A DNA stretch of 64,000 nucleotides from Scyliorhinus canicula (GCF_902713615.1 NC_052158.1:32529990-32593989), one strand, 5' to 3'. Numbered from the stretch's first letter, positions 10,266-23,536 are shown. Notes: generated from the letters alone by a model not told the origin. Program-made: numbers and translations.

Positions 10266-10553
10266 GTATGAATAGTGTTGATCAATATTGTGATTGGATC
10301 CTGCTGACTGGGATATTGTCACTGATGTTAACTGTACGATCAGGTAGTTGGAATTTGAGCTCAGTGTCTCTTTCTCCCTGTATAGTCACTAAAGAGTACC
10401 GTACCGACAGAGGTTAGTTGCAGGTCTATCTTCTCTACCTTGGCCCATCGCCTGAGGTGTGGCGATCCTCCGGTTAAATCACCAGCAGTCAGCTTTCCCC
10501 CCTCAAAAGGGTAAAGCAGCCTATGGTCACCTGGGGACTATGGTGACTTTCAT

Positions 10554-10657
10554 TTATTATGACACCCAGGCTTGTAAATTTGAAAACAATTTTTATTACT
10601 AACAATAACTATAATTAAATATGAAATAAATACAGTGGGTTAAATATTGTCTCATTC

Positions 10658-10700
<43 letters not shown>

Positions 10701-11690
10701 CCTTAACTCATCCCACCCAGAAGCATAGAATAATGCTGTGCAGAAGAGGCCCTTCGGCCCATCGAGTCTGTACCGACGCATGAAAAAGACCTGATCTGCC
10801 TACCTAATCCCATTTTACAGCACTTGGCCCATATCCTTGAATGTTAAGACGTGCCAAATGCTCATCCAGGTAAGTTTTGAAGGATGTGAGGCAACCCGCC
10901 TCAACCACCCTCCCAGGCAGTGTATTCCAGACCGTCGCCACTCTCTGGGTAAAAACGATTTTCCTCAAATTCCCCCTAAACCTCCCGCCCCTGACCTTGA
11001 ACACTTGCCCCTTATACCTTACCCTTCAACTCAGGGGAACAGCTGCTCATTATCCACCCTACCCATGCCCCTCATAATCTTGTAAACCTCGATCAGGTCG
11101 CCCGCTGCACCCTCTACACACAGAGGGGAAGAGGGGTGTAAAATAATGATGAAAGTAAAAGGATAAGCGTCTTTGTTTCAGATGGTTGTCTTTCAGTGCA
11201 CGTCCTTCAGTGCAAGCTTTGTGTTTGAGGTGTTTGCTTTTCGTCTGTGATTTTCAGTGTAGATTTATCCAAGGTCTCTCTCTCTGCAGGTTCAGAAACC
11301 AGCAGATAGGCAGTATTTCTGGAGTAAGAGAGAGAGTGATAGACACTCACATCTCTGAGCATCCAGGATCTTACTGTCCTTCCCTTGGTTGTCTGAAAAC
11401 TACCCCACTCGGGAAGGACCACCTGTTGCCGGGCAGAATACGACATTTTGCCAATTCATTGGTCACCAGCCAACCAAACAAACCAAATCTCGCCAATCTC
11501 TCTCACATGCTGAAAAGTCTGAGTTCTTCTGTTCAAAAGCTACAGCTCCAATGCACAGTGTATTATTCCGCAACTTTGGAGTTCCTCACTTCCTCTGCTC
11601 GACTTAACGAAATATGTCCATAAAATGTCCGTAGATCAAAAATGATAACTACAAAGTAAAAGAAATGGGAAATAAGGAAGTCAACAGGAA
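10554..11690. mobile_element. LTR-like element (relative of 40311-41030) with a nested CR1 3' fragment at ~10720-11105 (-)
   Basis: Shares GACACCC..., TTTATT..AACAATAACTA, ACACAGAGGG.AAGAGG and GGATAA...TTCAGATG blocks with 40311-41030. The nested piece reads GGRFRGNLRKIVFTQRVATVWNTLP (CR1). Confidence 0.55.
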
Positions 11691-12009
11691 GGGCCCTCCT
11701 TATCCTTTACTAACTAAAGAGCAGCTCATCCAGTTTACCACTGAGATTTGAGATTGGCCTTCTGGAGATGGCTGCTCATTGTATCCCTGATGCTGAAGAT
11801 AATTGGGTTGTTAAGGTGCTCAGACATCCAGAAGCATCTCCCCATGGAAACTCGCATCTCAGCCACTTAAATTCTTTAAGGAAGTTGGCATCCGGAAAGT
11901 TCTTCCTGAAGTTGGTCACGGGTGTATCACTTCCACGGAATTTAGCAATAGTCATGTTTTGTGATGGGTTTCATCGTTTCCTGGATGTTTGGATATAGGG
12001 TAGAAACCA

Positions 12010-13530
12010 GGAGTTTTGCTGGTGTTTGAGGATCTGATGGGTTTTTCCGGTGTTTGGCGGTCTGATGGGTATTGCTGGTGTTTGGGGATGATGGGTTTTG
12101 CTGGTGTTTGGGGATGATGGGTTTTGCTGGTGTTTGGGGATGATGGGTTTTGCTGGTGTTTGGGGATGATGGGTTTTGCTGGTGTTTGGGGATGATGGGT
12201 TTTGCTGGTGTTTGGGGATGATGGGTTTTGCTGGTGTTTGGGGATGATGGGTTTTGCTGGTATTTGGGGATGATGGGTTTTGCTGGTGTTTGGGGGTCTG
12301 ATGGGTTTTGCTGGTGTTTAGCGGTTCTGATGGGTTTTGCTGGTATTTGGGGGTCTGATGGGTTTTGCTGGTGTTTGGGGATGATGGGTTTTGCTGGTGT
12401 TTGGGGGTCTGATGGGTTTTGCTCGTGTTTGGGGATGATGGATTTTGCTGGTGTTTGGGGGTCTGATGGGTTTTGCTGGTATTTGGGGATGATGGGTTTT
12501 GCTGGTGTTTGGGGGTCTGATGGGTTTTGCTGGTGTTTAGCGGTTCTGATGGGTTTTGCTGGTATTTGGGGGTCTGATGGGTTTTGCTGGTGTTTGGGGA
12601 TGATGGGTTTTGCTGGTGTTTGGGGGTCTGATGGGTTTTGCTCGTGTTTGGGGATGATGGGTTTTGCTGGAGTTTGGGGATGATGGGTTTTGCTGATGTT
12701 TGGGGGTCTGATGGGTTTTGCTGGTGTTTAGCAGTTCTGATGGGTTTTGCTGGTATTTGGGGGTCTGATGGGTTTTGCTGGTGTTTGGGGATGATGGGTT
12801 TTGCTGGTGTTTGGGGATGATGGGTTTTGCTGGAGTTTGGGGATGATGGGTTTTGCTGGTGTTTGGGGATGATGAGTTTTGCTGGTATTTGGGGCTCTGA
12901 TGGGTTTTGCTGGTGTTTGGGGATGATGGGTTTTGCTGGTGTTTGGGGATGATGGGTTTTGCTGGTGTTTGGGGATGATGGGTTTTGCTGGTATTTGGGG
13001 CTCTGATGGGTTTTGCTGGTGTTTGGGGATGATGGGTTTTGCTGGTGTTTGGGGGTCTGATGGGTTTTGCTGGTGTTTGGGGGTCTGATGGGTTTTGCTG
13101 GTGTTTGGGGATGATGGGTTTTGCTGGTATTTGGGGCTCTGATGGGTTTTGCTGGTGTTTGGGGATGATGGGTTTTGCTGGTGTTTGGGGGTCTGATGGG
13201 TTTTGCTGGTGTTTGGGAATGATGGGTTTTGCTGGTGTTTGGGGGTCTGATGGGTTTTGCTGGTGTTTGGGGGTCTGATGGGTTTTGCTGGTGTTTGGGG
13301 GTCTGATGGGTTTTGCTGGTGTTTGGGGGTCTGATGGGTTTTGCTGGTGTTTGGGGATGATGGGTTTTGCTGGTGTTTGGGGGTCTGATGGGTTTTGCTG
13401 GTGTTTGGGGATGATGGGTTTTGCTGGTGTTTGGGGATGATGGGTTTTGCTGGTGTTTGGTGATGATGGGTTTTGCTGGTGTTTGGGGGTCTGATGGGTT
13501 TTGCTGGTGTTTGGGGGTCTGATGGGATTT
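12010..13530. repeat. Minisatellite, ~27-28 bp unit (GGGTTTTGCTGGTGTTTGGGGATGAT / ...GGGGTCTGAT)
   Basis: Directly visible; degenerate copies also at ~15890-15975. Confidence 0.97.
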
Positions 13531-13599
13531 GGCAGCTGAGTTAGTTTCTGTGTTGCAGGTCCCCCGCACCCTCTGGTTGAAAAACTATTTCGTAATCTA

Positions 13600-14253
13600 G
13601 GCCGGGATTCTCTGAAATTCCGGCCAAGTGTTGACGTTGGCGGAAACACCGGAGTGGTGTACGCCTGTGTCAACATGCCTCCTGGCTCAACAATTCACTG
13701 GTCTTAAGGGGGCTAGCACGGCGGTGGAGTGCTGTGCGCTGCTCCGACGCCGAAAGGTGGCCGTGCACGGCCAGCGTGGGTGCGATCATGCGCTCGATGG
13801 CCATCTCTGCACCGGCGCATGCGTGGTTGACGTCTCCGCGCTGGCGCAGAGCAACATGTCAGGACCTGACAGCGGGCCGCACGGAAGGTGGTAGGCCCCC
13901 TCCAGATCGCGGCCGATCGGAAGCCCCCAATCACGGGCCTGGACCCCTTGAAGGCCCCCCCGAGTCAGATCCTCCCGCCCCCCGCCAGGACGTTCACTGC
14001 GGCTGAGGGTCCAAGCTCCCGCTAGGTTGAACCAGGTTTGAACCACATCGGCGGGAGTTTGGCCCTTTGCTCGCGGAGAATTGTCGCTGGAGCCTATTTC
14101 AGCGGCACCCGACCGGCGCCGCGGTGACTGCACGAGAGCGACTGGCGCTGATTCTCCAGTCGTCGGAGAATCGAGTCCCATCGTCGGAGCGGTGGGAATT
14201 TCCCGCACCCCTGGTGATTCTCCGACCAGGCGCGGGCTCGGAGAAACCCGCCC
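13600..14253. mobile_element. Non-autonomous PIF/Harbinger-type MITE
   Basis: Imperfect TIRs GGCCGGGATTCTC...GAGAAACCCGCCC, flanked by the 3-bp direct repeat CTA (13597-13599 and 14254-14256). Confidence 0.75.
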
Positions 14254-14439
14254 CTATTATCTGTTGCTTCGACCAGTGACTTTATATCTGTGCCACTGAT
14301 TTCTGCCCCTCTACTGAGGTAAGTAGGTAATCCTTATTTTACAGCTCCTCATAAGTAAATGGGGAGGCGATGGCATATTGGTATTATCACAGGGCTAGTA
14401 ATTCACAAACCCAGGGGACCAGTGTTCAAATCCGTCCTT

Positions 14440-15885
14440 AATTCTAAAGAATCCTATTCCAGCCTCTCCAACTTTCCTCAGAGTAAACATTCTCCAGTCT
14501 TGTCCACATTAAGCAATCTCCTCTGCATTCTCTCCAGTACAATCACATCTTTTCTGTAATGTGCTGACCAGACTGTTTGCAATGTTTCAGCTGTAGTCTG
14601 TATGGTGTTCTTCACAGTTCTGGCAAAGTCAATTTGCTCTGCGCCTTGGCCAATAAAGAAAGCATGATTTATGTCTTCTTATTGACCTGTCCAGACAGCT
14701 TTACCACCCTGTGGATATACACTCCGAGGTTCCTCCACATTACTCACTATCCTCCCATTTATTGGGAATGTCTTTTGCCTTCTTGCACTTCCCAAAATCC
14801 ATTACCTGACAATTCTCTGGATTGAACTCCATTTTCCACTTTTATCCCCAACAGACCTCACCATCACTACCATCCTGCAGTCTGAAGCTTTCCTCCTCAC
14901 TGTCAACCACAGGGACAGTGTTTGTCCATCTGAAACTTCTTCTTCATTCCCACTACATTTGGACCTAAATCATTTCCATAAAGTACAAAACATAAGGGAG
15001 CGGGTGCTGTGCCCTCTGGAACCCCGCTGGTAACAGTCTTCCAGTGACAGTACTCCCCTTAACCCTTTGCCTGCTGCCACTGAGGCAATTTGGGATCTGA
15101 TTTGTCGCTATCCCTTCAATCCTAAGGTTTTTACATTCCTGACCAGCCTGAAACCTTGTCTAAACTTACATTCTCTAAAGTGTTGTTAAAATCAGTGTTG
15201 ACCACATCCACCACACTGCCCTCATCAACCCTCCCTCTCACCTCTTCAAAGAATTCAATCAGTTTACCCTGAGATGAAGTCTACTTAACACATCCGTGCT
15301 AATTTGCCTTGATTAATCTACACTTTTCTAAATGAAGGGGTGTACTACTCCTGAAAGTTTTTTGTCCACCACCAAAGTTAAACTAACTGGTATATAATTT
15401 ATCTGATTATCTCTTCTCTTTTCAATCCTCATATAACATTGGCGGTCCGTTCATCCTCTTCCATCACTCCTGGAACCAAGGCGGAACAATTCTGATGGTC
15501 AGAGCCTCTGCAATTTCTTCCCTTTTAACTTGCCGATTTATCGACTTTCAAAGTTGCCAAATCCTTTAATACGTCATCTCCAACAATATTTACCTGATCC
15601 AGTTTTTCACTCTTCTTCATGTGTGTCATCATTGGTCCATGTTTTACAAAGACAGTTACAATGTATTTACGAATAACCTAACCACAATCTCCTCCCTCCC
15701 ACACAGACTTTCTTATTGGTCTCCAATAGGCCCTACTTTTTCTCGTATCCTTTACTCTTTATGTACTGATGGAATACCCTTGGAGTTTCCTTGACTTTAC
15801 TTGCCGTCACTTTTTTCACTTCATTACTTTATTAATTTCCCTTTTAATCTCATCCCCACACAGTCTCCCAGGTTTCTGCATTATT
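14440..15885 (-). mobile_element. Old, decayed CR1 LINE fragment
   Basis: Reverse-complement similarity to the RT region of other CR1 copies in the window. Confidence 0.65.
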
Positions 15886-16236
15886 AGGTATCCGGGGTTT
15901 GATGGATTTTGCTGCTAGTATTTGTGGGGTGTCAGCTGGATCTGATGGGTTTTGTTGGGGATGTCCAAGATCTACTGGGTTTGCCTCACTCGATAGCGAT
16001 GTATTTCTTTCTCTTCCCCAGTGGCCTCCAGTGTCTTGGCTGGTAATCTAGGGGCACCAGCCACCGAGAGCAGCGTCAGGAGAGGATGAGAGAATCTGAG
16101 AAGATTTGGTTTCATCGAGGTGATGCTGAGTGACTGATTCAAGCTCTGTATCTATGGCTCTGTAAATGCAACTATGGTGATGATGTATCAGCAATTTCTC
16201 TTGGGAGTTGCATTTTATAATGTTTTGATCTGCCCT

Positions 16237-17026
16237 TGACAATCCTGATTCTTTTGCTGCCAGTCTGGACTCAATAAAATTTGAGATGGATTTGCAGGGA
16301 TCAATTATTGTTTATTTTAACCAACTATAGAACATAGAACAGTACAGCACAGAACAGGCCCTTCAGCCCTCGATGTTGTGCCGAGCCATGATCACCCTAC
16401 TCAAACCCACGCTATACCCGTAACCCAACAACCCCCCCCTTAACCTTACTTTTAGGACACTACGGGCAATTTAGCATGGCCAATCCACCAAACCCGCACA
16501 TCTTTGGACTGTGAGAGGAAACCGGAGCACCCGGAGGAAACCCACGCACACACGGACAGTGACCCAGCTGGTAATCGAACCTGGGACCCTGGAGCTGTGA
16601 AGCATTTATGCTAACCACCATGCTACCGCGCTGCCCATCTGGGTGACTCACTCTATTGGGAGAGCAGGACATCACCAGTCTCCTGCCTCTTCAACAGCCA
16701 GAGAGCAGGACACGGGAACAAAACATCTAATTTCATATACATTAAAGTTGCATCAAGTTTCACATACATACGGCCAAATAAGGCAACAGTACAAATGCAA
16801 AGCTCCCATAGGCTTTCCCCACATTCCTTAAGCTGGCCTGAGGCCCCTTTTCCAAGTATCCCTGGCAACAAAGAAATGGTCTTAGTGGCTGCCCATCCCC
16901 CTCTTCCTGCCTTGAATCCCAGTTGATGTTTAAAATTCCACTAACCTAACTCCTTATTCTAATGCAGTAAAATTTTACTCCTAACTTGGCCTAACTACCC
17001 ATTATGCCTTTCTGTTCATTTCCTCA
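16237..17026 (-). repeat. 3' LTR of provirus 1 (~480 bp) with an HE1-type SINE inserted at 16328-16636
   Basis: Matches 23342-23536 plus 27195-27485. The PPT (AAAAGGAGGGAA on the - strand) lies at 17027-17038. Confidence 0.9.
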
Positions 17027-17221
17027 TTCCCTCCTTTTATCATTTCATGATAACCTATTGGTCCAATCCCTAGCTGTGCTCAGGATTCGCCTCTCCCAGA
17101 ATTCTGCTGAGACTGCCCGCACGCAGAGGGGCAGGGGACTGTGGTATGGACTAGAGTCCCGATAGCGATTTGGCGGGGAAATGGAGGTGACAGAACATTG
17201 GTCGCTGTGCCATTAAACAAG

Positions 17222-17515
17222 TAGTTCGATTCCCGGCTGGGTCACTGTCTGTGCGGAGTCTGCACGTCCTCCCCGTGTGTGCGTGGGTTTCCTCCGGGTG
17301 CTCCGGTTTCCTCCCACAGTCCAAAAATGTGCGGGTTTGGTGGATTGGCCATGCTAAATTGCACGTAGTGTCCTAAAAAGTAAGGTTAAGGGGGAGGTTG
17401 TTAGGTTACGGGTATAGGGTGGATACGTGGGTTTGTGTAGGGTGATCATTGCTCGGCACAACATCGAGGGCCGAAGGGCCTGTTCTGTGCTGTATTGTTC
17501 TATGTTCTATGTTCT
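17222..17515 (+). mobile_element. HE1-type SINE, 5'-truncated
   Basis: GTTCGATTCCCGGCTGGGTCACTGTCTGTGCGG...TTCTATGTTCTATGTTCTA tail. Confidence 0.9.
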
Positions 17516-18900
17516 AGTATCCTTGATCGGTATACAGGCTAGCATCACAATCATTATATCGGTTGAGTAGGAATCCCCCAGTAGCCCAGTTTATCCAGCT
17601 TTGGAATGCCCATTCGGCCTTTCTAGCAATGCGGAAAGCCCTAGTTCCCACAGTGATATGAGAGACATTCGCCCAGCCACAAAGCTGAAGGCCTGCCTTC
17701 AGCGGGACACAAGTGGCGTTGTAACACATGCATTGACCTGATGTCAGGGTTATGCGACACTTCCGATCAGTACAGGTGGAGAACAGACATGTTATATTCA
17801 GTTCCATCTCTACCAGCAAACAGCTGTACCCCTCTGCTGAAACAATTCTCGTACGACCGGGAATCTCTATTGGGAATGAAGTGGCTAGGTATGAATGCCC
17901 TCCACCGTTGAAGCTTATCATACTGTGAATGGGAGTCATCACGAGGAAGGGGAAGGCAAATAGCTGGTGGGGCCGAAGCCGGAACGTAAGGAAGTGTAAC
18001 TTGCTTGGGAGGTGGCTCGGAACTGACAGTGAACCACCATTTTGGGGAGTTCCCCAAAGCGGTGAGACGGAAAATCACCTAGACACCGATGCGGGGTTCG
18101 GGTAGCAGACAACCGGTCCCTGGCCATACATGCGGTGGTAGATTTGGTCGAAGAGATTCATGCTGCCCAGGTTCCCTTCGTTCTGGGTCCTAAGTGAAGT
18201 AAGTATACCTCCTGATAACCTGCGTTCTCGTCGTGCCTCCCATCTTACTCATTCTGTCCTCTTGCTATTCCTCCTCTCTCCCCTAAAACCTTTTCCTACC
18301 CCCTCCACACGGTCTGATTTTACCTTTATGGCACCAGTCTTATCACATCCAAAATCAAATGTACATTTACTCAAAACCAAGGCAATGTCCATGGAATGTT
18401 CCCTTCCCATTGCCGGGACCGATATAATTGTTTCATGATCCCGTCATTGTCCTTTAACTTGATAACCTTCCATGAGTTGACACTATGCCCTCGTGCATGG
18501 GGGCATCGGAGAACGTCACCTCTGCATAAGTGAAATGTCCTTGTAGTTTGGTTGGGATTACAGGTATAGATGGTGTTCCAAGTGAGGCAAAGCCGAAGAC
18601 AGCACAGGTGGCCCGTATCCAATCGATCATGCTCCACACCTGTAAAACAGCGCTGGGAAAGGAGGCAGGTTAGTGACCGACCATTTTGCAGTGGTGGAGG
18701 TAGACCCAGCACTCCGCCCCTCTACTTTAACTGCAGTGGGGGTGGTAAGGAGAACTTGGAAGGGCTCCTGTCACTGTGGCTCCAACACTTTCCGAGTCCA
18801 GTTCTTAACCATGCCATAACTACCAGGCTGCACTGATGTTTCATTTTTCAAGCGAGCTATGTAATGGGGACGGTGACGGGTGAGCCGCTCGAACCTGGCT
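17514..18900 (-). pseudogene. env-like (SU-region) remnant of provirus 1
   Basis: Lies between integrase and PPT. Cys-rich, N-glycosylation-site-containing fragments (LNITC...CRITLTSGQCMCYNATCVP...WANVSHI), frameshifted, with no TM domain visible. Confidence 0.6.
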
Positions 18901-18929
18901 ATGGAGTTCCTTGAGGGCTTTAGTGAGGG

Positions 18930-19300
18930 CTAGAACATAGTTAGTCCAGTCATATGGTGAAACTGGACCAGTCTGGGAATACGCAGGTTCCAGGGTGTTC
19001 TAATGGGCCTGCCATAAAAGACCACGGTAGGAGAGAGCCAGGCTGATCCCGCAGGTGTGACTCGCAGCTGGAAGAGGGCAACGGGGAGCAACTTAAACCA
19101 TGTTAACCCCCTGTCCACGTAGTTTGTCCAAGTTGGTTTTGAGGGTCTGATTGTGTCTCTCAACCAAGCTGGCCATCTGTGCCCAGTACGCACAGTGGAA
19201 CTGTTCGCGTATGCTCAACTGGGAGCAGAACTCCTTGTTAATCTGTCCGATAAAATGGGGCCCATTATCAGAACTTAACTGAGCTGGTATTCCGTACAAA
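18930..19300 (-). pseudogene. Retroviral integrase core, gamma/epsilon (class I)-like
   Basis: YGIPAQLSSDNGPHF...FHCAY...SLVERHNQTLK...W.KLLPVALFQLRVTP...LSP....YGRP, covering the second D and the E of DDE. Confidence 0.85.
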
Positions 19301-19614
19301 AACAGCTCATCATATTTTTACAGCCTCTGGCTCTCCGTCCAGCTTCCTTCTGGTGTGATGGTCACCAGTAACGGGATGTCATCTTGGTGAGTAATGATGG
19401 GCCAAGTCTATCGGCATCATCCGAGCCATAGCCAGCTTACAACACATATTAAGGCATCCAATGACTATACAGTATACAATTATAATAACAAGTATTATCA
19501 ATCCATGTATCAGGTAAAACCCCATGACCAAGCTATGAGAGCTAACTCTGAGCTGAGTCCTGCTGTAGGGTTTATATCCCTCTTATAGTTGTACTGACTA
19601 GCAACTATCCCTCA

Positions 19615-22560
19615 TCCTTGTCATTTGTATGTACATGTCATGATTTGTAAACTGTGCACGGAAATCAATGGTAAATGCATCCATCTCGCAGACCAGTGTC
19701 GATAGATCCTTTGTGAGGTGCTTTCCTCATGTCCAATCACCGTGAACCATAGCTGGAGCCGCTCAGGAAGGTAACACAATACCTATGACCGTGTGTCCCA
19801 CTACCTCCAAGGCATCTGAATACCTTGGTGTAGCAGCACCGTAAAAGCTTCCTCATGTCCCTTAGAAACAGCACAGAACTCAGTCTATCAGCGACCAAAA
19901 GGTCTTTTATCCCTCACTGGGTTTTATCTTTATATAGGAAGTGCTTTCTGTTTCTCATGGGAATGGTAAATTATGATATCATGTATTATCCACTGATTAT
20001 CTTGCTTTATTAATTGCAGGAGCTTCAACCGATCCTGTTTCTATTCCTGACTTCCTTGCACTAACGTCGAACATTGTACTGATCCATGTAGCCTCACAGC
20101 CCTGGCTTACTTGAGACAATAGCTCAGTTTTCAACAAACCCCTTTTGTCTGTTATCATCATTTTCCTTAGAGCATGAAATGTATACTTGCCATTATTCGT
20201 TTTTTTTTAATAACACCACTCACATTTAATACACTTAACTTTTTTTGGTTACAAGCCAGTTGAATCCATACATAACAGTCCCTAACAACTTACAGGACAT
20301 TTCGTCTGTAATAACTGTTATACTCTCCAATGCTATATTGGTTGCTGCATTGGTTACAAATTTTCCCTCGTGGCAGCGAGCTGCCAAGATTCTTAAACTC
20401 TTGTCATTTAAAATACCGGGGTTCCTCGTCAGTCGCTGCTGTCTGCCGAGACCCTTAATAACTCCACCACATAATATGCCCCTCCTGGAGACCACAGATC
20501 ACCCATCAGCTAACGTCCAGTTAGAGATGTCTGACCGGACGTTTCACTGTTCAGTAATAATTTGATATTTTGATTTGTTGCTAACCCGTAAGGTTTTTCT
20601 TCCGGGCTCTATCATTTATTTCCCTCAAATATGTAGCCAATTGTATCATTAGTTTTTTTCCCATACTGTCTGAAACATTCTTCTCCGGAGTGTTGTTCAG
20701 GTTCGTCATCTGTATTGTTGTTGCTTCATCTGAAACCCAAATGAACAGGTCAAAGGCGGAGAGGGCCCTATTTCTTGATTTGTATCTTCCTATCCTTGCT
20801 TGGATATTCCAGAAGTATCCTCTCTAGGACTTCCGGATTTCCATTGCCACCATTCCTCTTTTTCTAACTCAGTGATTCAATCAGGTCGAAACTTTCCCTG
20901 ATACATTTTGGATATTGATACTGCATCTACTTCAATGTTTTTAATTCTGATTGTGACAGGATAAGTTCCGAACATGACATTTTCACTGTATCATCTGTCC
21001 CACTGATGCTGCTAACAAGTTTCAATTCACTGGCATCCTGACACCCACACCAAAACATTCCTTTTTCCCTTGTCCGAGCGGTTGGGGGATATGATCTATC
21101 CTGTGGCACGGCATCATTGCAGTAATACAGTCTCTAAGCACTGTTAGGCTAATTTTACGTCACCAGGTCATCACAAACTTCAATCACCAGTATTGCTTTG
21201 AGCCAAAGCATTTCCCCATTTCTATTGTTATAAATGCAATATAAAATCGTCTGACTACACTGTATCTGTCATTCTCCTAGGTTACATATGATTACTCCTT
21301 GACCAAACTACTGGGCTACAGGACGTGCCACACCTTTGACACGATGTTTCATTATGTTCACAATTAATCATTTTAAACTGGCAACCAATTATCTAATGCA
21401 ACTTACCCTGTGCTTCTATCAGCTGTGATTAAAAGTACAAATTACTTTTGCTGCTCCGAGGAAAAAGAGGGCCTCCACACTCTCATGACCATTCTTCCAA
21501 CGGTGTCTCAAATACTCCAAAGTTCTCATGATTTGTTGAACCCCGTTTTGTGAAACAGGCGCTGTGATTCTAGTAACTTTCTCTCTCATCCCAACTCTGG
21601 CCTCTCTGCCTGCCTTTGACACTGAATACCCTAAATAGTCGACTTTGCTCCTGCCAATCTGGCATTTCTTTAACCCTATTTTAAATCCTACTTCACTAAG
21701 TGTTTTAGTAACTTTGGTCACTCTTTCAACATGTGTCCCACTGATCATCATCTCTAATTAACATTATCAATGTATACTAAAGCCAAATCATGTTTAATCA
21801 GCTCCCTGACTATTGCCAGAAAGTGGTTCAGGGAATTGGTTGTGGCAATTTACAGTATACATAATGTTTAGTGCCAAAGGTATTACTAGTTTTGCTTTCC
21901 TTATCTCCTCTAGTTATCAATTGGTGTTTATATCTTAATTTTTTATTTTTTTTGCATCTATTTTAATTAATCTTTCCCTGACATCAGATTCTCATTTCCT
22001 GATACTGCAAGTAATACTCCGAATCTAAGCTCCGGTCCCACAAGCATCCACAAATTTGGAACACACCGAACAAAATTTTTAATTGTAGGTGCATCATGGC
22101 TACCTCTAACAAAGGAGCACATGGCACACACCGAATGCCTAGTCTTCACATTTCAATTTAGATTCCTTTGTTCTCTTATTTCTTAATTAATTTTTTTATC
22201 AGCCAAGACTATGCCGCGTTGAAACTAATCATTTACAAATCCCAATTTATACATTTTGATTTTGCTTTGTGTTTACTTCCTGAGAATTATGTTCTAATTA
22301 ACTCCCACAATGTTAATCATTATTACTGATTTTCTAAAGAACTTTTAAATACTTACCCCGTTTTAAATCTCACTTTAACGGCCGAGTATACCTCCTAATT
22401 GATGTGCAGCTTCGTTTTGCAAACCACAACATTTTAAAAACTAGGAATACCAGAGGATGTTCACAAATTCTTATTAAACTGACTCATTCATTCGTTGGCG
22501 ATCTCCATTCAAACAAAAGGAATTCAAATGATTATACTTTCATTCATCTCAAACAACCGA
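19615..22560 (-). pseudogene. Foamy (spumaretrovirus)-like internal block: protease end, RT palm/thumb fragment and unknown downstream ORFs
   Basis: LVYIDN followed by HVERVTKV.KTLSEVGFKIGLKKCQIGRSKVDYLGYSVSKAGRE...KVTRITAP resembles foamy RT (HVQQLEKVFQIL..AGY.VSLKKSEIG..VEFLGFNITKEGR; recalled from memory). The block is collinear with 34930-37560. Confidence 0.75.
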
Positions 22561-23320
22561 ACAATAAAAGTTTGAATTTTTCAAAGAAACCAGAATAGAA
22601 TTTTAGCAAATCCTGAGAGCTCTCCGATATGGTTCTAAACTTCCCAAGTCTCTGGTTCCCCCTCGTGGACATTCATCTCCCAATTCTTTGTTTCACTCAA
22701 AAAAACATATCTCCCAACAATAAATTTTAACTTAGCCAATTCTAATTGTACGGAATTGAATTGTCTCCAGAACATTCCGTCAGCGGTCTTTACCGAAGTG
22801 TCTCTGTGACATTCCATCAACCCGTTAAAGACCTTAACCAAATTAAAGTGTAATTTAATATAACCAATTTTAGCCAATTCTAATTGTACGGAATTGAATT
22901 GTCCCCAGAACATTCCATCAGGGGTCTTTACTGAATTGTCTCTGTGACTTCCATCAATCCGTTAAAGACGTTAACAGAATTAAAGTGTAATTTAATATAA
23001 CTAATTTAAATTTTCAACTCACATGCAACTGACTGACTAGGCAACATTCCAACAGTCACTAGCTGAATTGTTACTGCGTATTCACTCAATCATGTTCAAC
23101 CCCTCAGCCGTACCAGCAGTGACTGAAATTAATTCTTCTAATCCGCCAAACTGACCTTTGATTTCGTCGAGACGATCTTACCTGATTAGACTGTAATCAG
23201 AATACGAGAGAGAGTAAAATCGACATGGCAATTTTCCAGCTACTCCTATCGTGGGTCCATTTCCTCTTCCAAGATCAGTCCAGTTCTGATTTCGCAGATG
23301 AGAGGTGATCATCTGGAGAA

Positions 23321-23339
23321 ATCCCGGAGTTTGGCACCA
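23321..23339 (-). promoter_or_regulatory. Primer-binding site, tRNA-Phe-like (TGGTGCCAAACTCCGGGAT)
   Basis: Directly follows the LTR end ...TGTCA. It differs from the canonical Phe PBS TGGTGCCGAAACCCGGGAT by a one-base shift. Confidence 0.7.
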
Positions 23340-23536
23340 AATGACAATCCTGATTCTTTTGCTGCCAGTCTGGGCTCAATAAAATTTGAGACTGATTTGC
23401 AGGTATCAATTATTGCCTATTTTAACCAGCTAACTGGGTGATTCACTCTATTGGGAGAGCAGGACATCACCAGTCTTCTGCCACTTCAACAGCCAGAGAG
23501 TAGGACAAGGGAACAAAACATCTAATTTCATATGCA

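Noticed and set aside
11770-11900. Minus-strand HLNNPIIFSIRD resembling a GPCR TM7 NPxxY motif
   Set aside because: Isolated match, with stops immediately upstream and no other helices.
11971-13676. 532-aa and 379-aa PQTPAKPI-repeat ORFs
   Set aside because: Products of the 27-bp minisatellite. Several frames are open at once, and there are no credible splice or start signals or flanking domains.
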